Virus record (IMG/VR): IMGVR_UViG_3300045988_084189
Span: 1-64,000 of that record
Source: a virus
Direction: 5' to 3' (one strand)
Length of the DNA: 64,000 nt
Positions 38,039 to 47,925 of this stretch are shown here, piece by piece. The position numbers and the translations under genes were made by a program. The notes under the pieces are model-generated. The model saw only the letters and a program-made list of their open reading frames with translations, ran no database searches and was not told where the DNA came from. Every line of letters begins with the position of its first letter. Positions within the stretch are counted from its first letter, which is position 1.

Positions 38039-38659
38039 TTATCCGAATGGATTCTCCTCGGAATCATCCCAAGGATTTTCTGATTCAGCAGGAGTGGGCG
38101 TATCAGTAGGCGCAGTATTGAACACATCGCCAAAATCGGGGATTGGGTCATTGGTAGGAGCAGTTGTAGTCTTAGTAGTAGTTAGCTCCTTGAGTGCAGG
38201 AATTTCATATTCGCCCTTTTCAATGGTTTCAACAGAACGAACAGCCGCAACATAGTTACGAACACGAACTTGACCCTTCTGGTTCTGATACTGCTCATCT
38301 GCGATGATTAGACCAACAACCTTATTAACAAGCGTCTTTTCATCAAAATTCCACTGATAGCCCTTGTTTGAGCGCTCAACTGCGTTTGTAAAGCCCTTAA
38401 ACATAGATGCCGCAGAATCCTTATAAGAACGGATGAATGTACCGGCATTAGGCCACTTGCGTTCCTTGCGTGTATCGCCGTCATACTGCTTCTTGAAATA
38501 GCCCTTATCATCGCCCTTTACGATGTCAAAATAAATCTTAAGATATTCCTTCTCAGGATGATCTTCTACGTTAAGAATCTTGCAAATATAGCCATTCGGT
38601 GTTAGACGCTTAAAAGATGTGCTTTCCTGAATATTCTCCCAATTTTCGATTCGCTTCAT
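38039..38659 (-). CDS. DUF669-like protein (possible ssDNA-binding partner of the Sak4-like ATPase)
   Basis: 206 aa, placed next to the Sak4-like ATPase as in many Firmicutes phages. It has an acidic C-terminal tail. The family call is from memory. Confidence 0.45.
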   Translation of the reverse strand: MKRIENWENIQESTSFKRLTPNGYICKILNVEDHPEKEYLKIYFDIVKGDDKGYFKKQYDGDTRKERKWPNAGTFIRSYKDSAASMFKGFTNAVERSNKGYQWNFDEKTLVNKVVGLIIADEQYQNQKGQVRVRNYVAAVRSVETIEKGEYEIPALKELTTTKTTTAPTNDPIPDFGDVFNTAPTDTPTPAESENPWDDSEENPFG

Positions 38660-38711
38660 AGTAAATTTAACCTCGCTTTAATTTGATTTTAATAAATAGA
38701 TTGTTTATATT

Positions 38712-39380
38712 TTACTCAGCTTTTTTAGCTGGAGTAGTAGATTTATCCTTAGGCGCACTTGCCTTTCTTAGCCCATAATATTCTCTGATTGTATCATCAA
38801 CCATCTTTAGGTCATTATCAATCTCAAGAGAATCAAACATACCCATTGGTGACTTGCATGGGTTCGAGCCATCAGACTGTGTGATAAAATAATGCTTGCG
38901 CTCATCTGCTTTACATAGCAGGACAATGCTAAACAAGCCTTCTACTGTGAGCTGCTGGTCTAGCATCTTGCCTAGCGTCTTAGCCTTTACCTTGCCATTT
39001 TCATCAGTGTCAATATGCTGCATGATATATACAATCGTGTCAGGGCTGGTATCTTCCTGAACGACACGCAACATATCTTCATAGTTCTTAGCCATCGTAG
39101 TGAACTTGCCATATCCGACTTCATTTACCTTATCAAAGCTTTCAAATGCCATAAGATACTGAGCGTCATCTACGACCCAACTTAGCTTCTTTCCGCTACA
39201 TACCGCGCCTTTGATACTGGCGTATGTTGCCTTATTCATACTCTGTAGCTTATTTACATTTCTGAATGGTAGCGGCTTAGATGCCACATTTAGGATTCCA
39301 ACATCCTCTTGCTTGAAATTTCTAAGTGACGCTGATTTACCAGAGCCACTTTCACCTAAAATAAGAACTGCTACGCCCAT
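38712..39380 (-). CDS. AAA/RecA-core ATPase (Sak4-like)
   Basis: Walker A GESGSGKS and Walker B VVDDAQYL. Confidence 0.6.
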   Translation of the reverse strand: MGVAVLILGESGSGKSASLRNFKQEDVGILNVASKPLPFRNVNKLQSMNKATYASIKGAVCSGKKLSWVVDDAQYLMAFESFDKVNEVGYGKFTTMAKNYEDMLRVVQEDTSPDTIVYIMQHIDTDENGKVKAKTLGKMLDQQLTVEGLFSIVLLCKADERKHYFITQSDGSNPCKSPMGMFDSLEIDNDLKMVDDTIREYYGLRKASAPKDKSTTPAKKAE

Positions 39381-39404
39381 TTACTTACTTAATCCTCCTT
39401 ATTC

Positions 39405-39782
39405 TTATTCAACTTCTTTTAGCCAAAAATCACAACGGCATTTGCCGCATACTCCTCTTTTTTCACAATCATCCTGAGATTCACGCTGAAGCAACTCAAT
39501 ATTCAACTGGCATGGAGCAATGGTCGGTAGTCCATCATAGCCAATCTCAGCATCGGGCCACTGATTAAAAAACTCGTCCTGTCTTGTTTTTACAGGATGT
39601 TCTTTTGCCCATTTCTCTACCATCTCAACGAATTTATGGTATGCCATTGGATGAAGATTGAATATGTCATTCAGTTTCTCGAAATAGCAAACATCGCATA
39701 ATCGTTTCTTGCCATCTTGAGCAGTATTTTTGCACCACTTACAATATCTTTTCGCTTCTTTCAAAAATTCAACAGCATCCAT
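39405..39782 (-). CDS. Cys-rich hypothetical protein
   Basis: 125 aa with CKWCK..CDVC...CGKCRC. Confidence 0.45.
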   Translation of the reverse strand: MDAVEFLKEAKRYCKWCKNTAQDGKKRLCDVCYFEKLNDIFNLHPMAYHKFVEMVEKWAKEHPVKTRQDEFFNQWPDAEIGYDGLPTIAPCQLNIELLQRESQDDCEKRGVCGKCRCDFWLKEVE

Positions 39783-39799
39783 TATTTATACCTCCTTCA

Positions 39800-40078
39800 C
39801 TACCACTGTGTTCCAAATATATCTTTTTCGTCTAACGGATGATTTGACATTACCCTACATGACCCACAACATTTACAAATTGCCTCTTTGCCATCATCAG
39901 ATAAATATATTCTATCAATATCAAGAGGTTGACAACAACATAAATATTTTTCATTTCTCCGTCTGCCGCATGGTTGCTTTGGTTTACGCTTAAACAACCG
40001 CCACAACAACCAATCAATCTTGGCGAAAAAATATGGGTTTCTTCTTATATTGATTGTAATTGGAAATATATTTTTCAT
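39800..40078 (-). CDS. Cys-rich basic hypothetical protein
   Basis: The ATG (MKNIFPI) follows GGAGG+6 nt, just after the dnaE stop. Confidence 0.45.
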   Translation of the reverse strand: MKNIFPITINIRRNPYFFAKIDWLLWRLFKRKPKQPCGRRRNEKYLCCCQPLDIDRIYLSDDGKEAICKCCGSCRVMSNHPLDEKDIFGTQW

Positions 40079-40079
40079 A

Positions 40080-43000
40080 CTATACCTCCAATTTCTTCCA
40101 ACATTTGATTTCAGTGTAAACATCTCCGGTTCTCACCCATTCCCCGTTTTCATCCTTTTTCATTTTATTTTTCTCTTGTAATACAGCTCTAATTACATCA
40201 CCCTTTAATAATTGATGATTTGTCCAGAATTTTTTATTAGCCCTATATGTGCGTTCTGCGCCATAGCATAGGTTATATAGTGTGCAATAAACCGTACCGT
40301 ATCCTGTTGTCTTGACATCTAGCACCAACCAATCATTAGGGTCTGAATTGGGGTCATTTACTGTACAATAACCTAGGTACTCAAGTTGCCATTTAATGCG
40401 GTCAACAATAGTAGTTGGTTTGATATTGGCTTGCTTAATTAAAGCCGTTATCAATGCTCTATTGTCAATCTCTCTAAATTGCTTCTCGGTTTCTTTGCCA
40501 CAACACGGTCTAATTACATCTATCATTATATCATCAAATGATGATTTTGTCAATACCTTTGCTGAAATATATTTTTGATAAATCTCATATTCAGTAATGA
40601 GCCGATTTGGTTGAGCAAACTTATTAAAATATCCAAGATGGAATAGAATTTCAATGGCTTTCTTATTGATTCTTGGGTCATCCATAAGGGCTTGATATAG
40701 AGCGGCGCGATTCTTTATATCAGACTTTCCAAGCTCATATAGTGCCTCTGGTGCGCTCTTAGGCATATCCTTAATAGATGCCATAGTCTGCACAATACAG
40801 TTGTTATCACGGTCTATATTGAACGCCCTGTTGTCATCGCCAAATTGAATATCTTTGAGCTTATAGCCGCGCTTTAGCATCTCTTGTTTAATGAGCGCAA
40901 CCTTGTCTTTTTCGCCCTTATCAGTAAATCGCTGAAGAACGCACTTATAAAATTCCAGTGGATAATGCGCTTTGAGATAAGCAATCGTTACACTATCAAT
41001 AGCCATACAATAAGCATGGGCTGAATTGAAGCCATATGCGGCGCTATTCTCAATAATCGTCCATACCTTATCAGCAAGCTCATGTGCCTTATTATCATCA
41101 TCTGTTTCGCCGGTATCAAGAATAGCTTGAGCAAAATTCTTGATAAATTTTGGCTTTGCGTCCTTGATGATATAATCCTTTTTCTTACTAATTGCCTTGA
41201 TAATAGTATATGTTTCAGACATGGGGAATCCAGCAAAACCAAGGACTTTCATTAGAGATTCCTGATATAGAATGAATGACGATGAGCAGTATTCATCTTG
41301 AAGCAAATCATCAAGCGCCTTGATACCATAATCAAAATGTTGTCGTTGCTCAAATGTCTGGTACATAGATTGGAAAGACGGCCTGATTGCAGCTATGAAC
41401 TGGGTCAACTCAGCAATATTCTTTGGCTTATATCGCATTACTTTTTGAGTTGACTTTGGCTGTTCACACTGGTTGACGCATTGTGTATAACCATCTGCGT
41501 AAATCTGCCATGTTGCATCATCATGTGCAATTTTTTCAAGAAGCTGGTTGACAGTGAATGGCTCGATTCCAGCCTCTTTATAAATATCATATGTCAAGCC
41601 GATTGAATCAACAATAAGATAATCTTGCTTTAGATAACCAAAAGCATCAATCGTACCCGATTCAATATTGGCTACAAGCACCTCTTTGCCAGTTGCTTCA
41701 GATTTACACAGGCTGATGCCAATGTCAGATTCAATGTCGCCCTCATAGCATAAGCAACCGCAGGGATGCCCCTTTGCAGTATCATAAATACCTAGATATT
41801 TCTTACATCCATCTACCAGCTCTTGATATTTCGGCTCGATATATTTATGAATATCAACCGTTTCACCATCTTCAGCGTGCTTCTTGGCTGTTTCATATCG
41901 GTCTATCTGCTTGCTTACTTCATTAGCTGTATCAGGCTCGACATTATATGCTCTTGCATACATTTTCCATGCGGCTTTGAATTTTAGTGTACCAAGAGCC
42001 AATAGATCATATGTGCCAAGTTCGCCTACTAGATCGCGCTGTGCCTGAATGAATGGTTGACGGTCACTGACGTTGTTATCAATATCAGGTGGCGTATGAC
42101 TATCTAAGACGCGCTCTTTGGTCAAGAACCGCTCTGAATACATAAGGACTGGACTATTGACCTTATCAACTTTAGTAAGCCTCAAGAGCTTATTAAGATA
42201 CATAGATACAGCAGAGCCACGCCCTGATGGAGTCAAGATGCCACCATATTTCTCTTGTCCGCGCTTCATTACCATATATGACAAGATGAAATAATCAGCC
42301 ATATTACAAGCTTCTATCTCGCCTATATCATGCTTAATCTCTTGATAATACTGTTGCAGTTTATCTTTGTTAATATCGGCTTTTTGCAAAACCCATTCAT
42401 CTTTAAGAATCTGCTCAAAGATATGGTTGCGTTCTTCTTGTGTCTTATTGCGCAGCTCTTTTATAACAGGAACTTTCAATGAGCGGTCGAGCTTGATGTC
42501 CTCAAATTCAAACAGCACATTGGTATTATTGATAGCGGCTTTAATCTGACCGTCTGTCAGTACGCCTTGTTGCTTAAACCGCTCAAATAGCACATCATAG
42601 GTTGGATAGTCCATATACCATCCATCTTCATCCTCATAATGGATGTTGCCCGATTTGAGCAATTCATCTCTATCGAGCATTTGGGATTCAGTAATAACAT
42701 GGCTATCACAACCAGCGATAATTGGTACAAGCAATTCTTCACTAATTTGGATGATGTGCCGATTTAATTCTTTCTGCTCTGGCGTGTCGTGCGCCTGTAC
42801 CTCAAGATAAAAATGAGGAAATGACTCAGCTAGATGCCTAACAATGTCGGCAATATCATCATATTTATTCCAGAAAGCAACACAAGCTGTTGTAATCATC
42901 ACATCATCATATGGCAACTGGTCAATCAATTCAAGGTCGATACGAGGACGCGCATAATATCCATCCTTATTAGCAATAGATAGAATCTTATTGATTGCTT

Positions 43001-43328
43001 TGCGCCCTTTATCGGTTCGCGCCAATAATACAATATGGCAGTTGCTTCTATCAGGTTTATGCCTGTCTTTTACCCAGTATGCTTCAGTACCATATATCCA
43101 TCTGATATTCGTGCCGTTCTTCTTATTAAATTTCTCTAGGTCATCATATTGTTTGAAATAATTACCAGCCCATCCATGCTCTACTGTAGTATAGATACAT
43201 GGTTTATCACCATATCGTGCTTTTAGCTCATTCCAATAATCTATTGGCAAGAGCGGGCTATCTTTCATATATCTATTGCTTAGAGATGTATGTTTATGGT
43301 AATTTACCCAAATTGGCTCATTGTTCAT
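40080..43328 (-). CDS. dnaE: DNA polymerase III alpha subunit (DnaE-type, PHP domain)
   Basis: 1082 aa with an N-terminal PHP domain (NYHKHTSLSN), GRGSAVSMYLN and PPDIDNNV. Confidence 0.85.
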   Translation of the reverse strand: MNNEPIWVNYHKHTSLSNRYMKDSPLLPIDYWNELKARYGDKPCIYTTVEHGWAGNYFKQYDDLEKFNKKNGTNIRWIYGTEAYWVKDRHKPDRSNCHIVLLARTDKGRKAINKILSIANKDGYYARPRIDLELIDQLPYDDVMITTACVAFWNKYDDIADIVRHLAESFPHFYLEVQAHDTPEQKELNRHIIQISEELLVPIIAGCDSHVITESQMLDRDELLKSGNIHYEDEDGWYMDYPTYDVLFERFKQQGVLTDGQIKAAINNTNVLFEFEDIKLDRSLKVPVIKELRNKTQEERNHIFEQILKDEWVLQKADINKDKLQQYYQEIKHDIGEIEACNMADYFILSYMVMKRGQEKYGGILTPSGRGSAVSMYLNKLLRLTKVDKVNSPVLMYSERFLTKERVLDSHTPPDIDNNVSDRQPFIQAQRDLVGELGTYDLLALGTLKFKAAWKMYARAYNVEPDTANEVSKQIDRYETAKKHAEDGETVDIHKYIEPKYQELVDGCKKYLGIYDTAKGHPCGCLCYEGDIESDIGISLCKSEATGKEVLVANIESGTIDAFGYLKQDYLIVDSIGLTYDIYKEAGIEPFTVNQLLEKIAHDDATWQIYADGYTQCVNQCEQPKSTQKVMRYKPKNIAELTQFIAAIRPSFQSMYQTFEQRQHFDYGIKALDDLLQDEYCSSSFILYQESLMKVLGFAGFPMSETYTIIKAISKKKDYIIKDAKPKFIKNFAQAILDTGETDDDNKAHELADKVWTIIENSAAYGFNSAHAYCMAIDSVTIAYLKAHYPLEFYKCVLQRFTDKGEKDKVALIKQEMLKRGYKLKDIQFGDDNRAFNIDRDNNCIVQTMASIKDMPKSAPEALYELGKSDIKNRAALYQALMDDPRINKKAIEILFHLGYFNKFAQPNRLITEYEIYQKYISAKVLTKSSFDDIMIDVIRPCCGKETEKQFREIDNRALITALIKQANIKPTTIVDRIKWQLEYLGYCTVNDPNSDPNDWLVLDVKTTGYGTVYCTLYNLCYGAERTYRANKKFWTNHQLLKGDVIRAVLQEKNKMKKDENGEWVRTGDVYTEIKCWKKLEV
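40525..40553 (-). promoter_or_regulatory. sigma-A type promoter internal to dnaE
   Basis: Minus strand: aTTGACAaaatcatcatttgaTGaTATAATga, ~450 nt upstream of the dnaE stop. Confidence 0.5.
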
Positions 43329-43966
43329 TTATGATTCACCGGCATAACCACGCCATCACCATTTTCAGCCTTGAAATAAATTGGGCTGATTCTATTTGCC
43401 GCATACGCCTTACAATCAGGCAGACATTCCATAGCATTAAGCAAATACTGCGGATTGACCCAAAGATTCAATTCCTCATCAAGTAGATAATCGGCTACCT
43501 TCTTATCATTGTTCTTTTCTTTGATTTTATGCGTCTTGATATATACCTTGAGTTCTCCAATATCAGGCAGGGTAATTTCCTCAGAGTCATATATTGGTCT
43601 AACAATCTGCTCAAGCTGCATTTCCTGTCCATGATATTTTTCATCAATCTCAGGCAGGAGCTGCTTTTCATTAAATCTAATAGCTACATAACTGTCACAT
43701 ACACAATACAGTGTTGAGCCATCTTTTGTCTGATTTGTAAACATACCTTCAAGCATAGGGTGATTGCGCAATTCAGCATTCTTGATAATCCTATTGGCCG
43801 CAGTTACAATCGACTTAGTGCCAGATTTCTTTGATTGCTCAATGAGCATATCAGCTTCAAGCTGCTTCAGCACATTATTCATCTCTTCCCCAGTAAAAAT
43901 CATGCCCTCAGCAGTTACAGAATCTCGCCATGTTTTGATAGTATCGTACAGTCTTTCTGTAGTCAT
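43325..43966 (-). CDS. hypothetical protein, possibly sliding-clamp-like
   Basis: 213 aa. It sits next to dnaE, and its C-terminal ISPIYFKAENGDGVVMPV is reminiscent of DnaN C-termini. The evidence is weak. Confidence 0.3.
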   Translation of the reverse strand: MTTERLYDTIKTWRDSVTAEGMIFTGEEMNNVLKQLEADMLIEQSKKSGTKSIVTAANRIIKNAELRNHPMLEGMFTNQTKDGSTLYCVCDSYVAIRFNEKQLLPEIDEKYHGQEMQLEQIVRPIYDSEEITLPDIGELKVYIKTHKIKEKNNDKKVADYLLDEELNLWVNPQYLLNAMECLPDCKAYAANRISPIYFKAENGDGVVMPVNHK

Positions 43967-43968
43967 AA

Positions 43969-44175
43969 TTATTCACCTCTCGCCTTTTTGTCAGTTCTAA
44001 AATCTACTACTCTATTATTAGGGTCAAAATCCTGTGATGGTTTAGGCATGATTTCATCTATCATATCATTAAACCATTTATAGCTATGCAATCTGTTCCA
44101 CAAATTCTCAAATTGTTCTTCTGTAAGAACTGGTAACTTGAATTTATCACCCATACCAACAACCGCCCCTTTCAT
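43969..44175 (-). CDS. hypothetical protein
   Basis: 68-aa ORF, first gene after promoter 44187..44215. Confidence 0.45.
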   Translation of the reverse strand: MKGAVVGMGDKFKLPVLTEEQFENLWNRLHSYKWFNDMIDEIMPKPSQDFDPNNRVVDFRTDKKARGE

Positions 44176-44186
44176 TTGATACTTGG

Positions 44187-44215
44187 ATTATATCATAGAT
44201 TGGAGCGGTTGTCAA
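44187..44215 (-). promoter_or_regulatory. sigma-A type promoter
   Basis: Minus strand: cTTGACAaccgctccaatctaTGaTATAATcc. Confidence 0.7.
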
Positions 44216-44225
44216 GAGGGTTTAT

Positions 44226-44384
44226 TTATTTTTCTTCTTTTTCTGGTTCTGTTTTATTGGTAGTCCAATAGCTTTGGTTTAATATCGGTTCTGTAGTTGT
44301 TGTTCCTCTTATAGAATAGCAATGAAAACAATCGCCATCACAATAAGCCCAGCCTTCTCCACATTTTCTCATCTGCATATCCAT
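44226..44384 (-). CDS. small Cys-rich hypothetical protein
   Basis: The ATG overlaps the upstream stop (TGATG) and follows GAAGGTG. The sequence is MDMQMRKCGEGWAYCDGDCFHC. Confidence 0.4.
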   Translation of the reverse strand: MDMQMRKCGEGWAYCDGDCFHCYSIRGTTTTEPILNQSYWTTNKTEPEKEEK

Positions 44385-45799
44385 CAAAAATACACCTTCT
44401 GATCTTGCTGAGTACATATTACCCTACTTGATTTACCTTGTTTGATTAGCTCATCCTGTAGAGTATTAGCAAATTCTACCTTGCTTGAAAATTCACTATG
44501 TACTAAGCACAGCTTATCATAATCTATATTCTGATAATATTGCATGAGCTGGTTATAATTAGCATGAGATGAAAATGTATTCAAGCAATATATCTGAGCA
44601 TTGTTCTGAATCATTTCACCATCCAGCATGATTTCTTTTGCGCCATGCTTGATTTCATATGCAAGCGTATTAGGACTAGCATAGCCAGAGAATAGCACGG
44701 CATTTCGGTTATTAGGCAGGATATATTTGAGATGCGCCAAAGCCCGTCCAGCATTGAGCATACCACTACTAGCCACTATAATGGCTCGTTCATTTGATTG
44801 CTGAATAGCTTGGCTTTCTTCCCATGATTCAATTAGCCTCAAGTTGAGCTTATCTTCATATTCTAGTTGCTCTGACCATGCTCTATAAATACGACAAGCA
44901 AGTGGCGAATCAAGATAAATAGGAATCATCTGCCCATCAATCTTGCACTCTGTGGCTCGTGTGCGCCATAGAACATCAAGAATATCCTCTACACGCTGTA
45001 GACTAAAAGCTGGCATCAAGATACGGGTATATTGACAAATAGCCGCATTTATAATCTGTTCATCATACCAGCGATCTTTCTTCATGCTATAACATCTTGT
45101 CGGGTCACTATATGTACATTCACCAACCACTACATTACATCTTGGCAATGGCTCGATTGGCGGCACAGATACGCTCTTAGCCTCTGTATTGAAATCACCT
45201 GTAAAGCCAATTCGCTTAATGCTATAACCCTGTTTGATTTCCAACACAGCTTGAGCTGAATGAATGATATGACCGGCATGATAATATGTCAGCTTTGCGC
45301 CGCCTACAATGGTCGTAGGAACCCCAAACGGCACTTCAACAAGCCATTGCATCACCTTATCAATATCAGTCTCAGTAGCCAATGGCGGCGCTTTGATACC
45401 ATGCTTATTCTGCATCTTCAAGCTATCCTGTACCATAATTTTAATACAATCGTCCATCATTATCTTGAGGATAGGGATTGAGCCTTGAGGAATATAGATA
45501 TATGCTTGCATCCCCATAGCAACAGCAATGAGTAGAGCCATACAATGGTCTGAATGGCAATGTGATATAACAACACCATGCACCGTCTTCGGCTTGATTT
45601 TCTTCATCTGATCACGATTAGCTCGATAATCAGCTACTAGATTATTGGTCTGAATCATGCCCATATCAACAGCTAATTTGATATTGTCGAATCTAATAAT
45701 CGTGCATGAACCAGTTACAGATGCGGCATTACCACCAGTGAAATGTAGATATGGCTTGGATGTGCCAGATGATTTAGCTGGCATTAGCCACCTCCTCAT
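44384..45799 (-). CDS. metallo-beta-lactamase / beta-CASP family nuclease
   Basis: HxHxDH motif (SHCHSDH) and a 471-aa length consistent with the beta-CASP RNase J / Artemis-like architecture. Confidence 0.7.
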   Translation of the reverse strand: MRRWLMPAKSSGTSKPYLHFTGGNAASVTGSCTIIRFDNIKLAVDMGMIQTNNLVADYRANRDQMKKIKPKTVHGVVISHCHSDHCMALLIAVAMGMQAYIYIPQGSIPILKIMMDDCIKIMVQDSLKMQNKHGIKAPPLATETDIDKVMQWLVEVPFGVPTTIVGGAKLTYYHAGHIIHSAQAVLEIKQGYSIKRIGFTGDFNTEAKSVSVPPIEPLPRCNVVVGECTYSDPTRCYSMKKDRWYDEQIINAAICQYTRILMPAFSLQRVEDILDVLWRTRATECKIDGQMIPIYLDSPLACRIYRAWSEQLEYEDKLNLRLIESWEESQAIQQSNERAIIVASSGMLNAGRALAHLKYILPNNRNAVLFSGYASPNTLAYEIKHGAKEIMLDGEMIQNNAQIYCLNTFSSHANYNQLMQYYQNIDYDKLCLVHSEFSSKVEFANTLQDELIKQGKSSRVICTQQDQKVYF

Positions 45800-46097
45800 C
45801 CTTCTTACCAGTTGGCAAATAAGCCCATGCTATGACATTATCCCAATTACCATTAAAATCCAAATAAATCAGACCATAAATTCCACAACATCCATCGCTC
45901 ATACAAGTATCTTGATGCACCCAACCTTTTTTAGTTAGAATAAGAATGTCTTCATCCTCATTTGGCATCTGACAATTAAATACATATGATGGATATTCTT
46001 CTGCGCTTAGACCATGTTCTGCAAATCCTTCAAGTTCTTCCTCAGTAGGCGGTCTAGTCACAACCTCATGCCATACAATTTTTTCAACCCATTCCAT
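45774..46097 (-). CDS. hypothetical protein
   Basis: The ATG (MEWVEKIVW) overlaps the upstream stop as TAATG. Confidence 0.4.
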   Translation of the reverse strand: MEWVEKIVWHEVVTRPPTEEELEGFAEHGLSAEEYPSYVFNCQMPNEDEDILILTKKGWVHQDTCMSDGCCGIYGLIYLDFNGNWDNVIAWAYLPTGKKDEEVANAS

Positions 46098-46294
46098 TAA
46101 GCCGACTCGCCATCCTTTCTCATCTTTAGCACATTTCTCAGCACACAATCCATGCAATTCAAATCTGCGTCATTCCACATTTTATCCCTCTGTGCCGTCA
46201 TGCGTGGGTCGATTTTTACATATCGGTCACAATTTGGCTGATAATCACAACGCATACAAGGAATTTCATAAATATGCTTAGGTCTACGGCTCAT
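46097..46294 (-). CDS. hypothetical Cys-rich protein
   Basis: 65-aa ORF. Confidence 0.4.
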   Translation of the reverse strand: MSRRPKHIYEIPCMRCDYQPNCDRYVKIDPRMTAQRDKMWNDADLNCMDCVLRNVLKMRKDGESA

Positions 46295-46554
46295 TCATAT
46301 TCCTCCTCATATTTAGGCTCGGACGGTACGCTAAATCCAATGGCTTGAGTAATAGCAGGACTAGGCGCAATCTTTTCAGCGGCGGCATCATGCTCTGCTT
46401 TATCAAGCTCTAGCTCCATCGACATCCGGTTAATCTTGGCATTGATAACTGACTGTACCAAATCCACAATCGAGCCGCACAGAGGCAACAGTGAGCTTAC
46501 AAACAGGACTGCGCCTCCTGCAATCCATAGCGGCGTTAGGTGGTTTTTATTCAT
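46291..46554 (-). CDS. membrane protein (hypothetical)
   Basis: 87 aa with an N-terminal TM helix. Confidence 0.45.
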   Translation of the reverse strand: MNKNHLTPLWIAGGAVLFVSSLLPLCGSIVDLVQSVINAKINRMSMELELDKAEHDAAAEKIAPSPAITQAIGFSVPSEPKYEEEYE

Positions 46555-46634
46555 AGGCGATTATCCTTTGCTTCGTAAAATAATACAAGAATCCAGAGAA
46601 TGAGAAAGATAAACAGAATCAGCCCATCATCCAT
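46551..46634 (-). CDS. possible 27-aa membrane peptide
   Basis: MDDGLILFIFLILWILVLFYEAKDNRL. Its start overlaps the upstream stop and its stop overlaps the next start (ATGA). It falls below the ORF-track size cut-off. Confidence 0.3.
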   Translation of the reverse strand: MDDGLILFIFLILWILVLFYEAKDNRL

Positions 46635-46881
46635 TATCAGCCTCATCCTCATTGTCTACTGGTGTAGACATTTCTTTCATTTTCTCCATCCTGCCGTCAG
46701 CCTCTCCTACCTTGGCTTTGATTAGGTCTTTAATCGCCTTAGCCGAGGTTAGCGGCGCAATCTGCTTGCTGATTTCATAAATACAAGCATCCCAGCCAGT
46801 CATTAGGCCGCGATTAAAATGTTCTTTCAGCTTTCCTTCAATGCTCTCAGCAATAATTTCTTTCAGCTTATCGTCAGACAT
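46627..46881 (-). CDS. hypothetical protein
   Basis: 84-aa ORF. Confidence 0.45.
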   Translation of the reverse strand: MSDDKLKEIIAESIEGKLKEHFNRGLMTGWDACIYEISKQIAPLTSAKAIKDLIKAKVGEADGRMEKMKEMSTPVDNEDEADNG

Positions 46882-47167
46882 AATTCCCTCCTACTTTAAT
46901 GTCACATCTTGGACAATACACCTCTGTTACTGGCTCGTAACATGGCGGTTCATCCACCTCTGGATGATAAACTAGATGTGTGTATGATTCTAGCTTAGAG
47001 CCACATTCAGGACATCTATTCATTGCCTCTAGCTCTCTAGTTGCCGCATATGCTAAGCGCATATCCTTGAGTGATGCTAAATATAATAGGCAATCAGCCG
47101 CAATATCTTGATTGCTATCATAATAACCTATAACAGCCTCTACAACTTCATCGTGCATATCAGTCAT
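46874..47167 (-). CDS. zinc-ribbon protein (hypothetical)
   Basis: 97 aa with CPECG...CPRC. Confidence 0.45.
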   Translation of the reverse strand: MTDMHDEVVEAVIGYYDSNQDIAADCLLYLASLKDMRLAYAATRELEAMNRCPECGSKLESYTHLVYHPEVDEPPCYEPVTEVYCPRCDIKVGGNYV

Positions 47168-47721
47168 TCTACTAGTTCCAGATTATCGTAGTCAACAACA
47201 TATTCACGTGTTGTGATATTGCTTTTAATCAAAGCACACTTCTTACCATTCTTAGCAGAGCAATTCTCAACATGCAAAACTTGATATTTATTATAGATAG
47301 ACGGTTGCCCAATGCCAGAACTAGACTGAACGACACGAACAATATGCTCTACAGGGATATTATTTTCCTTAAAAAATCTCGTTGCCTCCATACTATTACA
47401 TTGCTGACTCGTTTTTACCTTAACAATATCCCCAACCTTAATTTCTCTTGGCTTCTTTGCTTCGGCCATTCTTTCCTTCAATTCATCAATACCAACCTGT
47501 AGCCGCCAATCATCTTCAGGATGACAACGAGCCTCGACCTTCTTACCGTCCTTACTCGTCATCGTCATGCGATTGCCCTCAATATGCAGGTCATAATCGC
47601 CCTCTAGCCACTTAGGCGCTAGATTCTTTTCATAGAATTTGTATTCTAACTTCATGTCTTTCTTTGTCCTTTCTTTCATAATTTCTTCGTATAGACTATT
47701 AAATACATCGTCCCACATCAT
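47164..47721 (-). CDS. hypothetical protein
   Basis: 185-aa ORF with a GAGGAGGA RBS. Confidence 0.45.
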   Translation of the reverse strand: MMWDDVFNSLYEEIMKERTKKDMKLEYKFYEKNLAPKWLEGDYDLHIEGNRMTMTSKDGKKVEARCHPEDDWRLQVGIDELKERMAEAKKPREIKVGDIVKVKTSQQCNSMEATRFFKENNIPVEHIVRVVQSSSGIGQPSIYNKYQVLHVENCSAKNGKKCALIKSNITTREYVVDYDNLELVE

Positions 47722-47739
47722 TGTTTTATCCTCCTCAAC

Positions 47740-47907
47740 TTACATGATAATATTATTATAAATATACGCATCATCTTTGTAGAAAATTTCATTTGTATGC
47801 AGATACCTACAAATCCATAAATTATCTGTATCATCCCAATTTTCTACAATGGCGTATCGTAGCCCATGTTTGAAAATAGTATCTCTGCATACCAGTCGCT
47901 TTGGCAT
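47740..47907 (-). CDS. small hypothetical protein (55 aa)
   Basis: The ATG follows AAGGAGG+9 nt. The sequence is MPKRLVCRDTIFKHGLRYAIVENWDD... It falls below the ORF-track cut-off. Confidence 0.45.
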   Translation of the reverse strand: MPKRLVCRDTIFKHGLRYAIVENWDDTDNLWICRYLHTNEIFYKDDAYIYNNIIM

Positions 47908-47925
47908 TTTTCATATCCTCCTTAA

